Shown: piece after piece, positions 28,101-37,641 of the stretch
Layout of the letters: each line of letters begins with the position of its first letter
How positions within the stretch are numbered: position 1 is the first letter of the stretch
Source: Candidatus Latescibacterota bacterium
GTDB taxonomy: Bacteria; Latescibacterota; UBA2968; UBA8231
NCBI GenBank assembly: GCA_965208105.1
Contig: OZ242318.1
Span: 3,808,001 to 3,872,000, forward strand
Direction of reading: 5' to 3'
DNA: 64,000 nt
Position numbers and translations under genes: made by a program
The notes under the pieces: model-generated
Seen by the model: only the letters and a program-made list of their open reading frames with translations
Database searches by the model: none
What the model was told of the DNA's origin: nothing

Positions 28101-29049
28101 CTGGATATGGTCGCCCGAGGACAGGGAGTACGTCTTCGACTTCGGCGGCGAGACCCGATGGCCGCGTCAGGCCTGGGTCAATGGAAGAGAGGTCGTTGCC
28201 GCCGGCCTCGAGGAAGCCGGGGCGCGGGCCGTGGTCAGGCTCAACGAGGGACACAATGCGGTGTTTTTGAGGATAGGTCAGCCGGCGGCGGAGACCATCG
28301 AGACCTACGCCGCCTTCTGCGAAGGCGAGGTCCCCGCCGTCGATCCCTACCTGCCCTTGCTGCCCTGGTTCGGGGAAGGGCACAGGCTGGTTTACGATAT
28401 CTCGCCCCGGGCCGGGAGGCGGGTGGGTTGGTACCGGTTTTCCGCTCCTCCGGGGGTCGAGACCATGCGCATGCACCTGCAGGCCGAGGCGGTGCAGGCC
28501 TGGGTGGACGGAAGACCGGTGCGGGTGGAGAAGGACCGGGTGGTTCTGGATGCGCCGGAGGAGAGAGCTTCGCAGGTGGCCCTGCGGGTGGTGCAGAAGC
28601 CGGGCTGTTACGCGGGGGCGGCTTTTTCCCTGCCGGTGGCCTTCGAGTGCGCCGCGGGCAGGATCCCTCCTGGCGACTGGTGCGACCACGGGCTGAGGGA
28701 ATACTCCGGAGGCGGGGTGTACACCACCACGGTCGAGCTGCGGCGGGAGCATTTGCGGGGAATGGTGGTCCTGGACCTGGGGCGGGTCGTTGCCACCGCG
28801 GAAGTGGAGGTGAACGGCCGGCCCGCGGGGGTGCGGATGGCCCTGCCGTTCCGCTTCGACATCAGTGGCCTGGTGCGGGAAGGGGAGAACAGGGTCGAGG
28901 TGAAGGTGGTGAACACCCTGGCCAACCACATGAGCTCCTACCCGACGAACTTCGTCTACGACGGGCAGATGGTCTCCGGCATGCTGGGTCCGGTGAGGAT
29001 CGAGTTTCTGTCGAAGGTCGGGCTGCAGTGCGCTCCTCTGCATGGATAG
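25189..29049 (+). CDS. Glycoside hydrolase, GH106 (alpha-L-rhamnosidase)-like with C-terminal GH2-type sugar-binding domain
   Basis: FGNPP..GP..WWW, FGTDE, IPGNE, KMASSIAHLHG, QPYWRY..RLSYILSQG and LDLGRV..AEVEVNG...GENRVEVKVVNT motifs; AGGAG RBS before ATG 25189. Confidence 0.8.
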   Translation: MKNDNGGQAVPSRDLLLRQFGNPPSGFGPIDCWWWEGGRLDKEQMRWQLEDMREKGISGTWYYPRFVHGQPLSCDPEYWTEKWWEFTRFAIEEHRRLGLIYWFSDWTSHEYFQDVLRQERAGNPSLGGRRLVVHEEESAGPGLIEMKIPPEEEIADAAAYRRAGEGLDYDSRRELKNAVADGRLVWEAPGAGWVVAVVSSQPFDLDYLSRGMTGRWIELVLGPYEERFGEFMGNTIQSFGTDEWRFMKGNILHSSDLMQRFREEKGYDPAPYLVGLFRDIGRSTDMIRCQYYEVMSSLLVENLYRPFASWLEERGMIFTEFCPRGKWENMLEGTHHYGDFFRYMGTYHIPGNEERCLDLDRVRTFQAKMASSIAHLHGRSRVGVCVYWGSGWGHNTQENLAWTHENYAYGANLYNRHGVLYTTLGGWFEWVPPAVHFRQPYWRYWRHFSEYLSRLSYILSQGVHRADAAFLYPQATIHANWEDREEFNAIAREVNKTTYDLGKRIYRSGIDFDFIDDYGMERAAVEGGLLKVAGLEFRAVVMPPQTTMRLSTLRKVREFRDGGGTVVSYGRLPGASAENGRDDAQLRRLLQEIFGVDSSAGVEEVVRHGRASFVPAGQAKVAEILSESIERDVVASAGDVYHTHQQVGSTDVYFLFNNLQEKRRISFDLRVAGAPEVWEASSGIARPLHRFEVRGGRTRAQLDMEPFEAVVLVFGGSKGVPQVVEDDLTIISKVKAGADGLELDGFDAAGGEKMVRILHAGREYAAEGRVDAPPQPLALDGEWDFRLEPTMNNQWGDFRHPAAKEYIGAEVRRLRYREAAGVDGVEEGWHLPHCDDSEWERVTYSHGPYWWTIGPFAPGEEPADLLRRARNGEVDSAEACEAGGATLRWRPYSFSQKHGYESREGTSAMQVALNMNGLTGVPKEFLVFQAVDADPETAAADIEAPPADAASRTESGGREGEAKVYQRYLFTWIWSPEDREYVFDFGGETRWPRQAWVNGREVVAAGLEEAGARAVVRLNEGHNAVFLRIGQPAAETIETYAAFCEGEVPAVDPYLPLLPWFGEGHRLVYDISPRAGRRVGWYRFSAPPGVETMRMHLQAEAVQAWVDGRPVRVEKDRVVLDAPEERASQVALRVVQKPGCYAGAAFSLPVAFECAAGRIPPGDWCDHGLREYSGGGVYTTTVELRREHLRGMVVLDLGRVVATAEVEVNGRPAGVRMALPFRFDISGLVREGENRVEVKVVNTLANHMSSYPTNFVYDGQMVSGMLGPVRIEFLSKVGLQCAPLHG

Positions 29050-29185
29050 GAGGCGGCCTTACTCGGGAGGCAGACTGGAGATTCATCTCCTTGGGATGCC
29101 CACACCTGTGACAATCCACGACCTCATGCCGGGCATTCGCCAAAACGGAACAATTTCAATCCGATGACAACGGGAGCACCTTGAA

Positions 29186-29932
29186 ATGGGAGACGATGCC
29201 CGCGGCTTCTTCGACGAAAACGGATACTACCTGGCGCGCGGCGTCTATTCACCGGGGGAAATCGGCCGGCTCCGGGAGGAGTTCGACCGCGTCGTCCACC
29301 AGGTCGCCGAGAGCGGCAGACCTGGCGAGGGGCCCAATACGACAGAGGACAACGGCATCATCTCGACCTTCAACGTGCAGAAATACTCTGCCTACTGGCT
29401 GACCCACGGATTGCTGCACAAGCCCTTCCTGGATCTCGCCGAGCAGTTCATCGGGCCGGATATCGTCCTGCAGCGGACGAGCCTGTACGAAAAGAGGAAA
29501 GCTGCTGTCGTCGGCCCGTTCCGGATGCACCAGGACTGGATTTACGGGCCGATGGAGAAGGACACCATGGTCGCGGGGATGATCCACGTCGCCAGGGTAA
29601 CCGCGCGCATGGGCGCACTGCGCATCTACCCGGGCAGTCATCGCTCGCGGATGGAGAACTCCCGGACCACGGACGAAGACTTCAACCGGAGATTCCCCCT
29701 GGAAGACGCGCTGGTGATCGAGGGAGAGGCTGGCGACGTCCTCTTCTTCCACTACCGCCTGGTCCACGGCTCGAAGTCCAACGAGGTTGACGAGCCCAGG
29801 AAAATCGTGCACGTCCGGATGTTCTCGGGCCGCGACCGCCGTGAGAACCACAACCAGCCCTTCGAGAACCTCGTCCTGCGCGGCTGGAATTCCCACGCAA
29901 ACGCCGCCAACGCCACGTCGGACAACCCCTGA
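29186..29932 (+). CDS. Phytanoyl-CoA dioxygenase (PhyH) family Fe(II)/2OG enzyme
   Basis: FFDENGY, HQD, GALRIYPGSH and GDVLFFH..LVHGS motifs. Confidence 0.9.
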   Translation: MGDDARGFFDENGYYLARGVYSPGEIGRLREEFDRVVHQVAESGRPGEGPNTTEDNGIISTFNVQKYSAYWLTHGLLHKPFLDLAEQFIGPDIVLQRTSLYEKRKAAVVGPFRMHQDWIYGPMEKDTMVAGMIHVARVTARMGALRIYPGSHRSRMENSRTTDEDFNRRFPLEDALVIEGEAGDVLFFHYRLVHGSKSNEVDEPRKIVHVRMFSGRDRRENHNQPFENLVLRGWNSHANAANATSDNP

Positions 29933-30137
29933 TGCCGGTCCGGCGCCCGGCGCTGATCGCCTGAGCGGCCCGCCCGGCCTGTCCCGCAGTCCTCACAATG
30001 TGCCCGCACGAACCCCTGGCAGCCCGGAAGGACTTTTTCATCGCGCTGCCAGGCCAGCGCATTCGAGGCAGGCGCGCATCTCTTTCTCGACGTGGAGTGG
30101 CAGACAGTGCCCGGGTATTCCAACCAGGGAGAGGCTT

Positions 30138-30881
30138 GTGAACTCATCTGAAAATCAGTATGACGCCATCGCCGAAGCCTATCAGGATTCAAAGCAATTG
30201 CCCTTTCGGAAATACATCGAAGCCTATTCTCTTTTCAACATTTTGGGAGATATTCGCGGAGCGGCGGTTTTGGACCTGGCATGCGGTGATGGGTTTTACA
30301 CGCGCAAGATCAAGCAAGCCGGGGCTTTGGAGGTCACGGGCGTCGATCTTTCCGCGGAGATGATCAGGTTGGCCGAAGGAGAAGAACGCGCCCGTCCCCT
30401 GGGATGCAAGTATTTGCACCGGGATGTGGCCGTGCTCGAGTTGTCCGAACCGGTTGATCTCGTGGTGGCCATGTACCTCTTGAATTACGCCGGGACGAAA
30501 GAGGAACTGCTCAGGTTTGTCGAGGTGGCTTGTAACATGCTGCGGCCTGGGGGGCGGTTCGTCGGGTTCAATGACAATGTTCAGTGCGTTCCCAGGGGAA
30601 CTCATTCCCTGGCCCAATACGGATTGGAAAAAGTGTGCGCCGATGACCCGCGAGAAGGCGATGTAATCTTGTACAAATTGACAAATGAAGACGGAACGCA
30701 GTTTGAGTTTAAAAATTACTTTCTCAAACCAGAGACCTATCAATGGACCTTTCAAGAAGCGGGATTTACCGATTTTCAATGGGTCGGCCCCTTTTTGCAC
30801 CCGTCCCAGCAGCACAATCCATTTTGGGATGCCTTTATGTCTCATCCCCCGGTCATTGGCTTCAGGGCGGCGAAACCGTGA
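30138..30881 (+). CDS. Class I SAM-dependent methyltransferase
   Basis: VLDLACGDG, GVDLSAEMI and LRPGGRFV motifs; GTG start after GGGAGAGG; visibly more AT-rich than neighbours. Confidence 0.9.
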   Translation: MNSSENQYDAIAEAYQDSKQLPFRKYIEAYSLFNILGDIRGAAVLDLACGDGFYTRKIKQAGALEVTGVDLSAEMIRLAEGEERARPLGCKYLHRDVAVLELSEPVDLVVAMYLLNYAGTKEELLRFVEVACNMLRPGGRFVGFNDNVQCVPRGTHSLAQYGLEKVCADDPREGDVILYKLTNEDGTQFEFKNYFLKPETYQWTFQEAGFTDFQWVGPFLHPSQQHNPFWDAFMSHPPVIGFRAAKP

Positions 30882-30913
30882 GCCATGGATCATACCAGCG
30901 AGGACTACGGGTT

Positions 30914-33712
30914 ATGAACGCGGGATACGCATTTTTTCTGGCACTCGCCGCGGCCTGCGCCTGTTCCATGGGTGCGTTTGCGGAAGAAGAGAGGGACGAA
31001 CGGGAGATATACGAACTCCACGAGATCACGGTGACCGGCTCCCGCATCAAAAGCGCGGAGACGCTCGCGCCAGCGCCGATCGTCGTCCTCTCATCAGAAG
31101 AAATCAGGGCCCAGGGCCTGGCCTCTATCGGGGACGTGCTGCAAACGCTCACGGTGCAGTCCAATGCGATCAACACCCAGGCCAACAACGGCGGCGACGG
31201 CTCTACCCGCGTCAGTCTGCGCGGCCTCGGCTCCAATCGCACTCTCGTGTTGGTCAATGGCCGTCGCTTCGTGACGGGCGGGACAGGCGCGAATTCCTCC
31301 GTTGACCTGAACGCCATCCCCGCCGCGGTCATCGAGCGAGTGGAGGTGCTCAAAGACGGAGCCTCGGCCGTCTATGGATCGGAGGCCATCGGCGGCGTGG
31401 TCAACATCATTACGAAGACCGCGATAGAGGGGATGGAAATCGACTATTACGCGGGGACTTCGGGCGCGGGCGACGGCGAAGTCCTGGACCTCAGCGTAAC
31501 CACCGGCCTGCGAAGCGAAAAAGGCCACGTCGCCTTTTCGGCCGGCTACCACAACCAGCGGCCGGTCTGGACCGGCGACCGCAGCTTCAGCGAGTCGGAC
31601 AAGGCCTACGACTGGGAAAAGAACGACGGATCCTACAACAACAACGGCAGCTCGGCCACCCCGGAGGGCCACATCATAGACCGCTCGGGTGCCGAGGGAA
31701 ACGAAGCCTGGCAGGCGGTCGTGGAGGCGGCCGGCGACGAGGCCGGTGATTACCACCGCGATCCGGATACTGGCTGGCGTCCCTTCAATTGGGCGGGGAT
31801 TTCATCGGACGGGAGCGGCGATACCTACAACTACCAGCCGGAGAACTACCTCTACACTCCGCAGACGCGCTACAGTTCCTTTCTAAGCGGTTCCCATACC
31901 GTCGCCGTGGATGCGAAAGCGTATTTCGAGGTGATCTACACCAACCGCCAGTCCGACCAGAAGTTGGCGCCGACGCCGCTGTTCACCATAACAGACGGGA
32001 TCGTGGTTTCGGCCACCAACCGCTACAACGAGTTCGGCCGCGATTTCATCGATGTGCGCCGTCGCTTCGTCGAGGCGGGAAACCGCAATTATCTCCAGGA
32101 CATCGATACCTACCGCATGGTCCTGGGATTGGACCACCGGCTCATGGGCTTCGACTCCGACCTCTCTTTCTCCTACGGCCGCAGCGAGGGCACCAACGTC
32201 AACGAGGGCAGGTTCATTCTCAATCGCGTAAGAAATGCCCTCGGGCCGGACGAGGATTGCACCGGTGACTGCGTCCCGCTGGATATCCTCCACGGCGCCG
32301 GCACCATCACCCAACCGATGGTGGACTACATCCAGTACACCGGCATCGGCCGAGGCTATTCCCGGCAGCATATCCTGCAGTGGAACCTGACCGGGGAGGC
32401 AGCGCGACTGCCTGCCGGTCCGCTGGCAGTGGCAGCCGGACTCTCCTCGCGCTGGGAGGCGGGGGCCTACCTCCCCGATCCCATGACCGCATCGGGAAAT
32501 ACCACGGGCAGCAAAGCGTTTCCCACCGAGGGCTCGTACGCGGTCAGGGCGCTGTACGCCGAGGCTCGGCTGCCGCTCTACGAAGCAGGAGCCGTCAGCC
32601 TCGATGCAACGGCGGCCGGACGCGCCTTCGACTACGACACCTTCGGCGGGGGCTTCACCTATGAGGCCGGAAGCCGTCTCCAGCTTCCCCGGGGCCTGGC
32701 TCTCCGGGCGACTTCTTCCAATGCATTTCGCGCCCCCAGCATCGCCGAAATGTTCCTCGGAGTCAGCGATTCCTTTCCCCTGGTCAGCGATCCCTGCAGC
32801 AGGGTGGACGAAGCGGGCAATGCCCGGGAATTGACCGAACAGCAGGAGCGGAATTGCGCCGACAAAGGCATCCCGGACGACTTCGAGGACTCGCGGGCAC
32901 AGCTATTGGCAAAGCTGGGTGGGTCCACGGATCTCGATCCGGAAAAGGCCGCGATGATCACCGCAGGCGTGGTGTATCAGCCGGATTTCCCGGGGGGATT
33001 GGACCTGACCTTCGATTACTATACCACCAGGATCGAGGATGAGATCGGCGCCCTGCCAGCCGGCCTCATCCTGAGCAACTGCTACTCGCAGGACGCGCCG
33101 TCCGACTGCGATCAAGTCGTGCGCGACCCGGACAACCATCTGATCACCCGGATTCTGGCGACCAATACCAATATCGGGGAGACTGAAACCAGCGGCGTGG
33201 ATTTCGGACTTAACTACATCGCAGAAGCGCCCATTGGTGTTGTCTCGGCGCAGTTCGAGGGCAACATGCTGGTCAAGTACGAGCAAACGCTGCCCTCAGC
33301 CAGCGGTCCTGAGCTGGTCAAGGGCTTGGGTTACTACGATTTGGGCGTGTTTCCCAGGTGGCGGCATAGCGCTTCCGTCAGCTTGGCAAAGGAGCGTTTC
33401 TCCGTTGGGCTGACCTGGCGCTACGTGGGCGGATTCGAGGAGTGCGAAGACGATGACTGCAAGGGCAAGTACCGCGAGGACGTAGAAGAAGTACCTCCGA
33501 GCCGCAAGGTCGATCCCAACAGCCTCTTCAATGTGCGTGGATCCTACGAACAGGGGACGGCCCTTGGGCTCATCACCCTGACCGTCGGTATCAACAATCT
33601 ACTCGATCAGCCGCCGGCAGTGATCTTCAATGGGTTTCTCGGTACTTCTGATTCCAATACCTACGACTTCATGGGCCGCTACCCATACCTGCGCCTGTCC
33701 GTGGCCCGGTAG
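30914..33712 (+). CDS. TonB-dependent receptor
   Basis: Signal peptide; TonB box region EITVTGSRI; plug motifs VSLRGLG..RTLVLVNGRR and IERVEVLKDGASAVYGSEAIGGVVNIITK; FRAPSI; C-terminal GINNLLD...YDFMGR. Confidence 0.95.
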   Translation: MNAGYAFFLALAAACACSMGAFAEEERDEREIYELHEITVTGSRIKSAETLAPAPIVVLSSEEIRAQGLASIGDVLQTLTVQSNAINTQANNGGDGSTRVSLRGLGSNRTLVLVNGRRFVTGGTGANSSVDLNAIPAAVIERVEVLKDGASAVYGSEAIGGVVNIITKTAIEGMEIDYYAGTSGAGDGEVLDLSVTTGLRSEKGHVAFSAGYHNQRPVWTGDRSFSESDKAYDWEKNDGSYNNNGSSATPEGHIIDRSGAEGNEAWQAVVEAAGDEAGDYHRDPDTGWRPFNWAGISSDGSGDTYNYQPENYLYTPQTRYSSFLSGSHTVAVDAKAYFEVIYTNRQSDQKLAPTPLFTITDGIVVSATNRYNEFGRDFIDVRRRFVEAGNRNYLQDIDTYRMVLGLDHRLMGFDSDLSFSYGRSEGTNVNEGRFILNRVRNALGPDEDCTGDCVPLDILHGAGTITQPMVDYIQYTGIGRGYSRQHILQWNLTGEAARLPAGPLAVAAGLSSRWEAGAYLPDPMTASGNTTGSKAFPTEGSYAVRALYAEARLPLYEAGAVSLDATAAGRAFDYDTFGGGFTYEAGSRLQLPRGLALRATSSNAFRAPSIAEMFLGVSDSFPLVSDPCSRVDEAGNARELTEQQERNCADKGIPDDFEDSRAQLLAKLGGSTDLDPEKAAMITAGVVYQPDFPGGLDLTFDYYTTRIEDEIGALPAGLILSNCYSQDAPSDCDQVVRDPDNHLITRILATNTNIGETETSGVDFGLNYIAEAPIGVVSAQFEGNMLVKYEQTLPSASGPELVKGLGYYDLGVFPRWRHSASVSLAKERFSVGLTWRYVGGFEECEDDDCKGKYREDVEEVPPSRKVDPNSLFNVRGSYEQGTALGLITLTVGINNLLDQPPAVIFNGFLGTSDSNTYDFMGRYPYLRLSVAR

Positions 33713-33833
33713 GGCCCCACTATATGCGTTAGATCCCTGGCGATACGGAGCGGTTGCAGGGACGGTCGCCCTCGAGGGCAGGAAGGTGCTGCTGTCGATG
33801 GGATTGGGCAGTAAGGAGAGTTCCGGGGCCGGA

Positions 33834-34652
33834 CTATGCAACCGCCCTCTGCCGCGACCACACCAGCGGGTTCATGGCCTCGTCCTCGAGGACGTCGCCG
33901 ATCTGGAGCTGGGCGGCTTGTTCCGGCGACAGGATGTTCTGGAGGCCGTTGAAGGTGGCGCCTTCGGGCATGTAGGAGCAGGTCATTGCCCGGCGCCAGC
34001 GGGGGGTCATGTTGGGGCCGGCCGCGTGGGAGATCATGCTGTTGTGAAGCGCCGCGCCTCCCGCCTCGAGCTCGATGGGAACGGCTTCCACGTCGTGCAG
34101 TTCCGGATAGATAGCGAAGAGGTCCTGCATGTCCGACCCGGTGGTGGAAGAGTCGAGGTCGTGGCGGGTCTTGCGATGCGACCCCGGCAGGTAGTAGAGG
34201 CAGCCGTTCTGCAGGGTTACGTCGTCGAGGGCAACCCAGATGGTGATCGAGTTGTAGGAGTGGAAAGACCACTTGGGATTGTCCATGTGCCAGGCGGTGG
34301 CATTGGCCCAGGGGCCTTTCTGCAGGGTCTGGTCGTGCCAGACGCGGATGCCGTCGATTCCGGCCAGGCGGCACAGCACCTCGCCCAGTGCGGGGTCGAG
34401 AAAATAGCGTTTGACCGTATCGTTGATCTTCCACAGATTGAGCCGCTGCAGGAAGACCTTGTTGTAGTTGACGTCGTCCACCAGGTCCCGTCTGCCCTCG
34501 CCGGCTACCCGCTGGCTTCCCGTTTGTTCGACCGCCGCGGCGATGGCGTCGAGAAGTTCCTCCACCTCGGCAGGGGAAAGAAAATCCTGCAGAATAGTGA
34601 AGCCGTCTCTCTGGTAGGCCTCGATTTGTTCCGGGGTTATTTCTATGTTCAT
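33834..34652 (-). CDS. PhyH family dioxygenase
   Basis: YQRDGF, WHMD, NGCLYYLPGSH and HAAGPN motifs. Confidence 0.9.
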   Translation of the reverse strand: MNIEITPEQIEAYQRDGFTILQDFLSPAEVEELLDAIAAAVEQTGSQRVAGEGRRDLVDDVNYNKVFLQRLNLWKINDTVKRYFLDPALGEVLCRLAGIDGIRVWHDQTLQKGPWANATAWHMDNPKWSFHSYNSITIWVALDDVTLQNGCLYYLPGSHRKTRHDLDSSTTGSDMQDLFAIYPELHDVEAVPIELEAGGAALHNSMISHAAGPNMTPRWRRAMTCSYMPEGATFNGLQNILSPEQAAQLQIGDVLEDEAMNPLVWSRQRAVA

Positions 34653-34879
34653 TTCAGCACTCCTTCAGGACCTGCGGGTTGGCGACTTCCGCGTGAATCC
34701 AGAAAATACTACAACCGCTCCTTGCCAGTCAACCTGCCCGCGGCCGATGACCTGAGACCGCCCGCCATCCCCCAGGGGCACGGCGCCACCGGGCACACCC
34801 GACACATTGGCAGCAATCGTCTATGGCAATCGACCGCGATTTACGGTCTTGCCCAACTGGAAAATCACTGGAGACAGCC

Positions 34880-36418
34880 ATGATATCACCCTTGCGGAAC
34901 CTGAATCCTCCCTATGAACTGCCCTCGAACATCATCTACTTTCACGACTGGCGCTACGTGCATCACGGGGCGCACTCCACCGGCTGGCGCAACAAGGAGG
35001 GAGAGTGGCTGCGGATCTGGACCAACGACCCGGTTCCGCCGCTGCGCTACGATCCGAGCTACATGCCCACCGGCATCAGGTTGAGAGCGAAACCGGCGCG
35101 CAAGAGCGATCCCTTCCTGCTGCCCGAGGCCGGCGAAGGCTTCCTCTGGTCCAACGGTCTCATCCATGAAGAGGGGCGCTACCGGCTCTGGTACGAGTCC
35201 TTTCCGGCCGAGCACGTGAACGACAAAGACCACCCGATGGGCGGCTACAACTACGTCTGCTACGCCGAGTCCGACGACGGGGAGACCTGGCGCCTGCCGT
35301 CCCTGGGGCTGATGGAGCGCAAGGGGTCCAGGGACAACAACATCGTCTATGGCCTGCCCCAGATCGAGGAAAGCGGACTCCAGGGGGCCACCGTGTTCAG
35401 GGATCCTTCGGCAGCGGCCGAGGAGCGCTACAAGATGATCTACGTAGGCCATCTGAGCGCGGCCATGAAGGAGCGCTATCTCCGGGACAGACCCGGTGAA
35501 GTGGGCCTCCTGAACCAGAATGCGGAGAAGTGGTCCGGGCTGTTCGGGGCATTTTCGCCGGATGGTCTGAGCTGGACCACCATTGCAGATCCCCTGGTCG
35601 CCCAGGTCAGCGATACCCACAATGTCTGCGAGTACGACCCGGTCCTGGGTCAGTACGTGGTGTATTGCCGCAGCCATTTCTTCAACCGCCGCACCATCGG
35701 CCGCATCGCCAGCGCGGACTTCCGCCGCATGCCCCTTTCCGGAGAGGTGTTCTGGCCCAGCGCGTCGGAGAAGCCCTATGACCTGTGGTACGCCAACGCC
35801 AAGACCACCATGCCCGGAGCCCCGGACTACCACATCATGTTCCCGCTGCGCTGGCGTCTGACCGACGACTCCTTCAGTTTCATGCTGGCTTCCAGTCCGG
35901 ACAACGTGGTGTGGAACTGGGTGCCGGGTGGGCCGGTGTGCGAGCCCGGGGACGCCGCCTGGGTGGACGGGGCCGCAGCTCCGGGGGTCGGCATGGTGGA
36001 TCTGCCCGGGGGGCGCATGGGAATCACCATGGTCGGCTCGCCGGAGCCCCACAAGCACCTGCGCCGGCCTCCCCACGGACACATCGCATGGGCATGGTGG
36101 CCCAGGGGTCGGCTGGTGGCCCTGGAGGCTCCCGTGGAGGGAAACTTCAGGACTTTTACAATCAAGACAGGCCGGCGAAGCATGCATCTCAATTTCAAGA
36201 CCGTCCCCGCCGGCAGTATCCAGGTGCAGGTCACCGACCGGCGCTACCAACCCCTTCCCGGGCGCTCGTTCGAGGACTGCGACTGGCTGGTGGGAGATCA
36301 TCTCGACCAGGTGGTGAGCTGGAGGGGGGAGACCGACCTGGGGCACGAGGGCGAGGAGCCCATCTCGGTGGGTTTCCGCATGCGCTGCGCCGAGCTCTAC
36401 AGCGTCGAGTTCAAGTGA
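34880..36418 (+). CDS. Asp-box beta-propeller glycoside-hydrolase-like protein (paralog of 488..1987)
   Basis: YAESDDGETW, VFRDPSA..ERYK, FSPDGLSW, RLVALEA and VSWRG..LYS motifs; GGAG RBS before ATG 34880. Confidence 0.7.
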   Translation: MISPLRNLNPPYELPSNIIYFHDWRYVHHGAHSTGWRNKEGEWLRIWTNDPVPPLRYDPSYMPTGIRLRAKPARKSDPFLLPEAGEGFLWSNGLIHEEGRYRLWYESFPAEHVNDKDHPMGGYNYVCYAESDDGETWRLPSLGLMERKGSRDNNIVYGLPQIEESGLQGATVFRDPSAAAEERYKMIYVGHLSAAMKERYLRDRPGEVGLLNQNAEKWSGLFGAFSPDGLSWTTIADPLVAQVSDTHNVCEYDPVLGQYVVYCRSHFFNRRTIGRIASADFRRMPLSGEVFWPSASEKPYDLWYANAKTTMPGAPDYHIMFPLRWRLTDDSFSFMLASSPDNVVWNWVPGGPVCEPGDAAWVDGAAAPGVGMVDLPGGRMGITMVGSPEPHKHLRRPPHGHIAWAWWPRGRLVALEAPVEGNFRTFTIKTGRRSMHLNFKTVPAGSIQVQVTDRRYQPLPGRSFEDCDWLVGDHLDQVVSWRGETDLGHEGEEPISVGFRMRCAELYSVEFK

Positions 36419-36490
36419 TACGGGGGTCGCGGCGCCGCGGCAGGAGGGCCTCCGGAGTTGCGCCCGCCACCGCGGCACGGGACGGGATTT

Positions 36491-37465
36491 TCAGCAGATC
36501 ATGCCGCGCTTGGCCCTGATTCCGTGAGCGGGCGGGTCCGGACCTATCCAGCGCTCGTCCGCTTCCTCCGAGGCCAACTGGTAGCGCGAATCCGACGAGA
36601 TGCGGATGCGGTCGCTGCGATTGTCCGAGCTGGCGTGCATGGTGAACATGCCGAAGACCAGCAGATCGCCGGCGCGGAACTCGGCGGTGATCCAGCGGCC
36701 CCCGAGTTCCTCCCGGGTCGCCACCGCGTCGGCGGAGTAGGACCCGGGTGAGTTCCAGCGTATGCTTTCCATTTCCCCGGCGCTCAGAGGGCGGTTTTCG
36801 CTGCGCGCCCTTTTCACCGTTTCTCCGGCGTTCCCTTCGTTCTCGCAGTAGATGTCGACATCGGTCTGCCCGTAGGTCCCCTTGAGGGTCTCGAGCCGGT
36901 GCGAGTTTTCCAGGAGCATGAGGCCGCCCATCTCGAAGGGCACGTCCCCCAGAGGGGTCCAGGAGGTGTAGAGTCTGCGGGTGCCTCGTCCCATGTAGAC
37001 GATGTCGTAGTGAGGAAGGGTAGGGGAAGCGGGGCCCGGGGTCTTGGCGCGGAACCAGGTATAGTCGAAATGGCGCACCGGCCCGCCCAGGAAAAACTCG
37101 TAGAAGGCCATCATGGGGCCGGCATACAGCACTCGGTCCAGGGCGGGGTTGTCCTGCGCCAGACGGGGCAGGAACCCGGTCAATTCGCATCCGGCCTTGA
37201 AGACCCCGTCCATGGGGGGATGGCGTTCGTCCAGAACTCCCCCGGCCGCCAGGCGCTCCATCACCTCCCTTCTGGCTTCCAGGACCTCCTCCCGGTCGAG
37301 CTGGCCCGGCAGGAAGAGGTAGCCGTCTTCCTCCATCCGGCGCCACAGCTCCGCCCTGTCGCCCGCCGCGTCGGCAGAAGACCGCAGGGCGCCGAAGCAA
37401 TCGGACGAGGTGTCTATTCTGCGGCCTCGGTAAGTCAATTCAGGAAGTTCAAGTTGTTGGACCAT
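36491..37465 (-). CDS. PhyH family dioxygenase
   Basis: EEDGYL, PHYDIVYMGRG, WTPLGD and AGDLLVF..MHAS..RISSDSRYQ motifs. Confidence 0.88.
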   Translation of the reverse strand: MVQQLELPELTYRGRRIDTSSDCFGALRSSADAAGDRAELWRRMEEDGYLFLPGQLDREEVLEARREVMERLAAGGVLDERHPPMDGVFKAGCELTGFLPRLAQDNPALDRVLYAGPMMAFYEFFLGGPVRHFDYTWFRAKTPGPASPTLPHYDIVYMGRGTRRLYTSWTPLGDVPFEMGGLMLLENSHRLETLKGTYGQTDVDIYCENEGNAGETVKRARSENRPLSAGEMESIRWNSPGSYSADAVATREELGGRWITAEFRAGDLLVFGMFTMHASSDNRSDRIRISSDSRYQLASEEADERWIGPDPPAHGIRAKRGMIC

Positions 37466-37546
37466 GGTAGATTCCTCCGGTTCTACATCGCAGTCGGGCC
37501 TTTCCCATCAGTCAAAGGCCCGGGAGAGGCGACCCGCGCAAAGCGA

Positions 37547-37575
37547 TTGACTCAATTGCCGGAACTTATTATTTT
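37547..37575 (+). promoter_or_regulatory. Putative sigma70 promoter for the DD-carboxypeptidase gene
   Basis: TTGACT-17 nt-TATTTT in an AT-rich divergent intergenic region. Confidence 0.45.
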
Positions 37576-37641
37576 ATAAGTTCTTCCTGCGAATCTCCCT
37601 AACGCGACCAGATTCATTTATTCCGAACATAGAGAGAGAAT

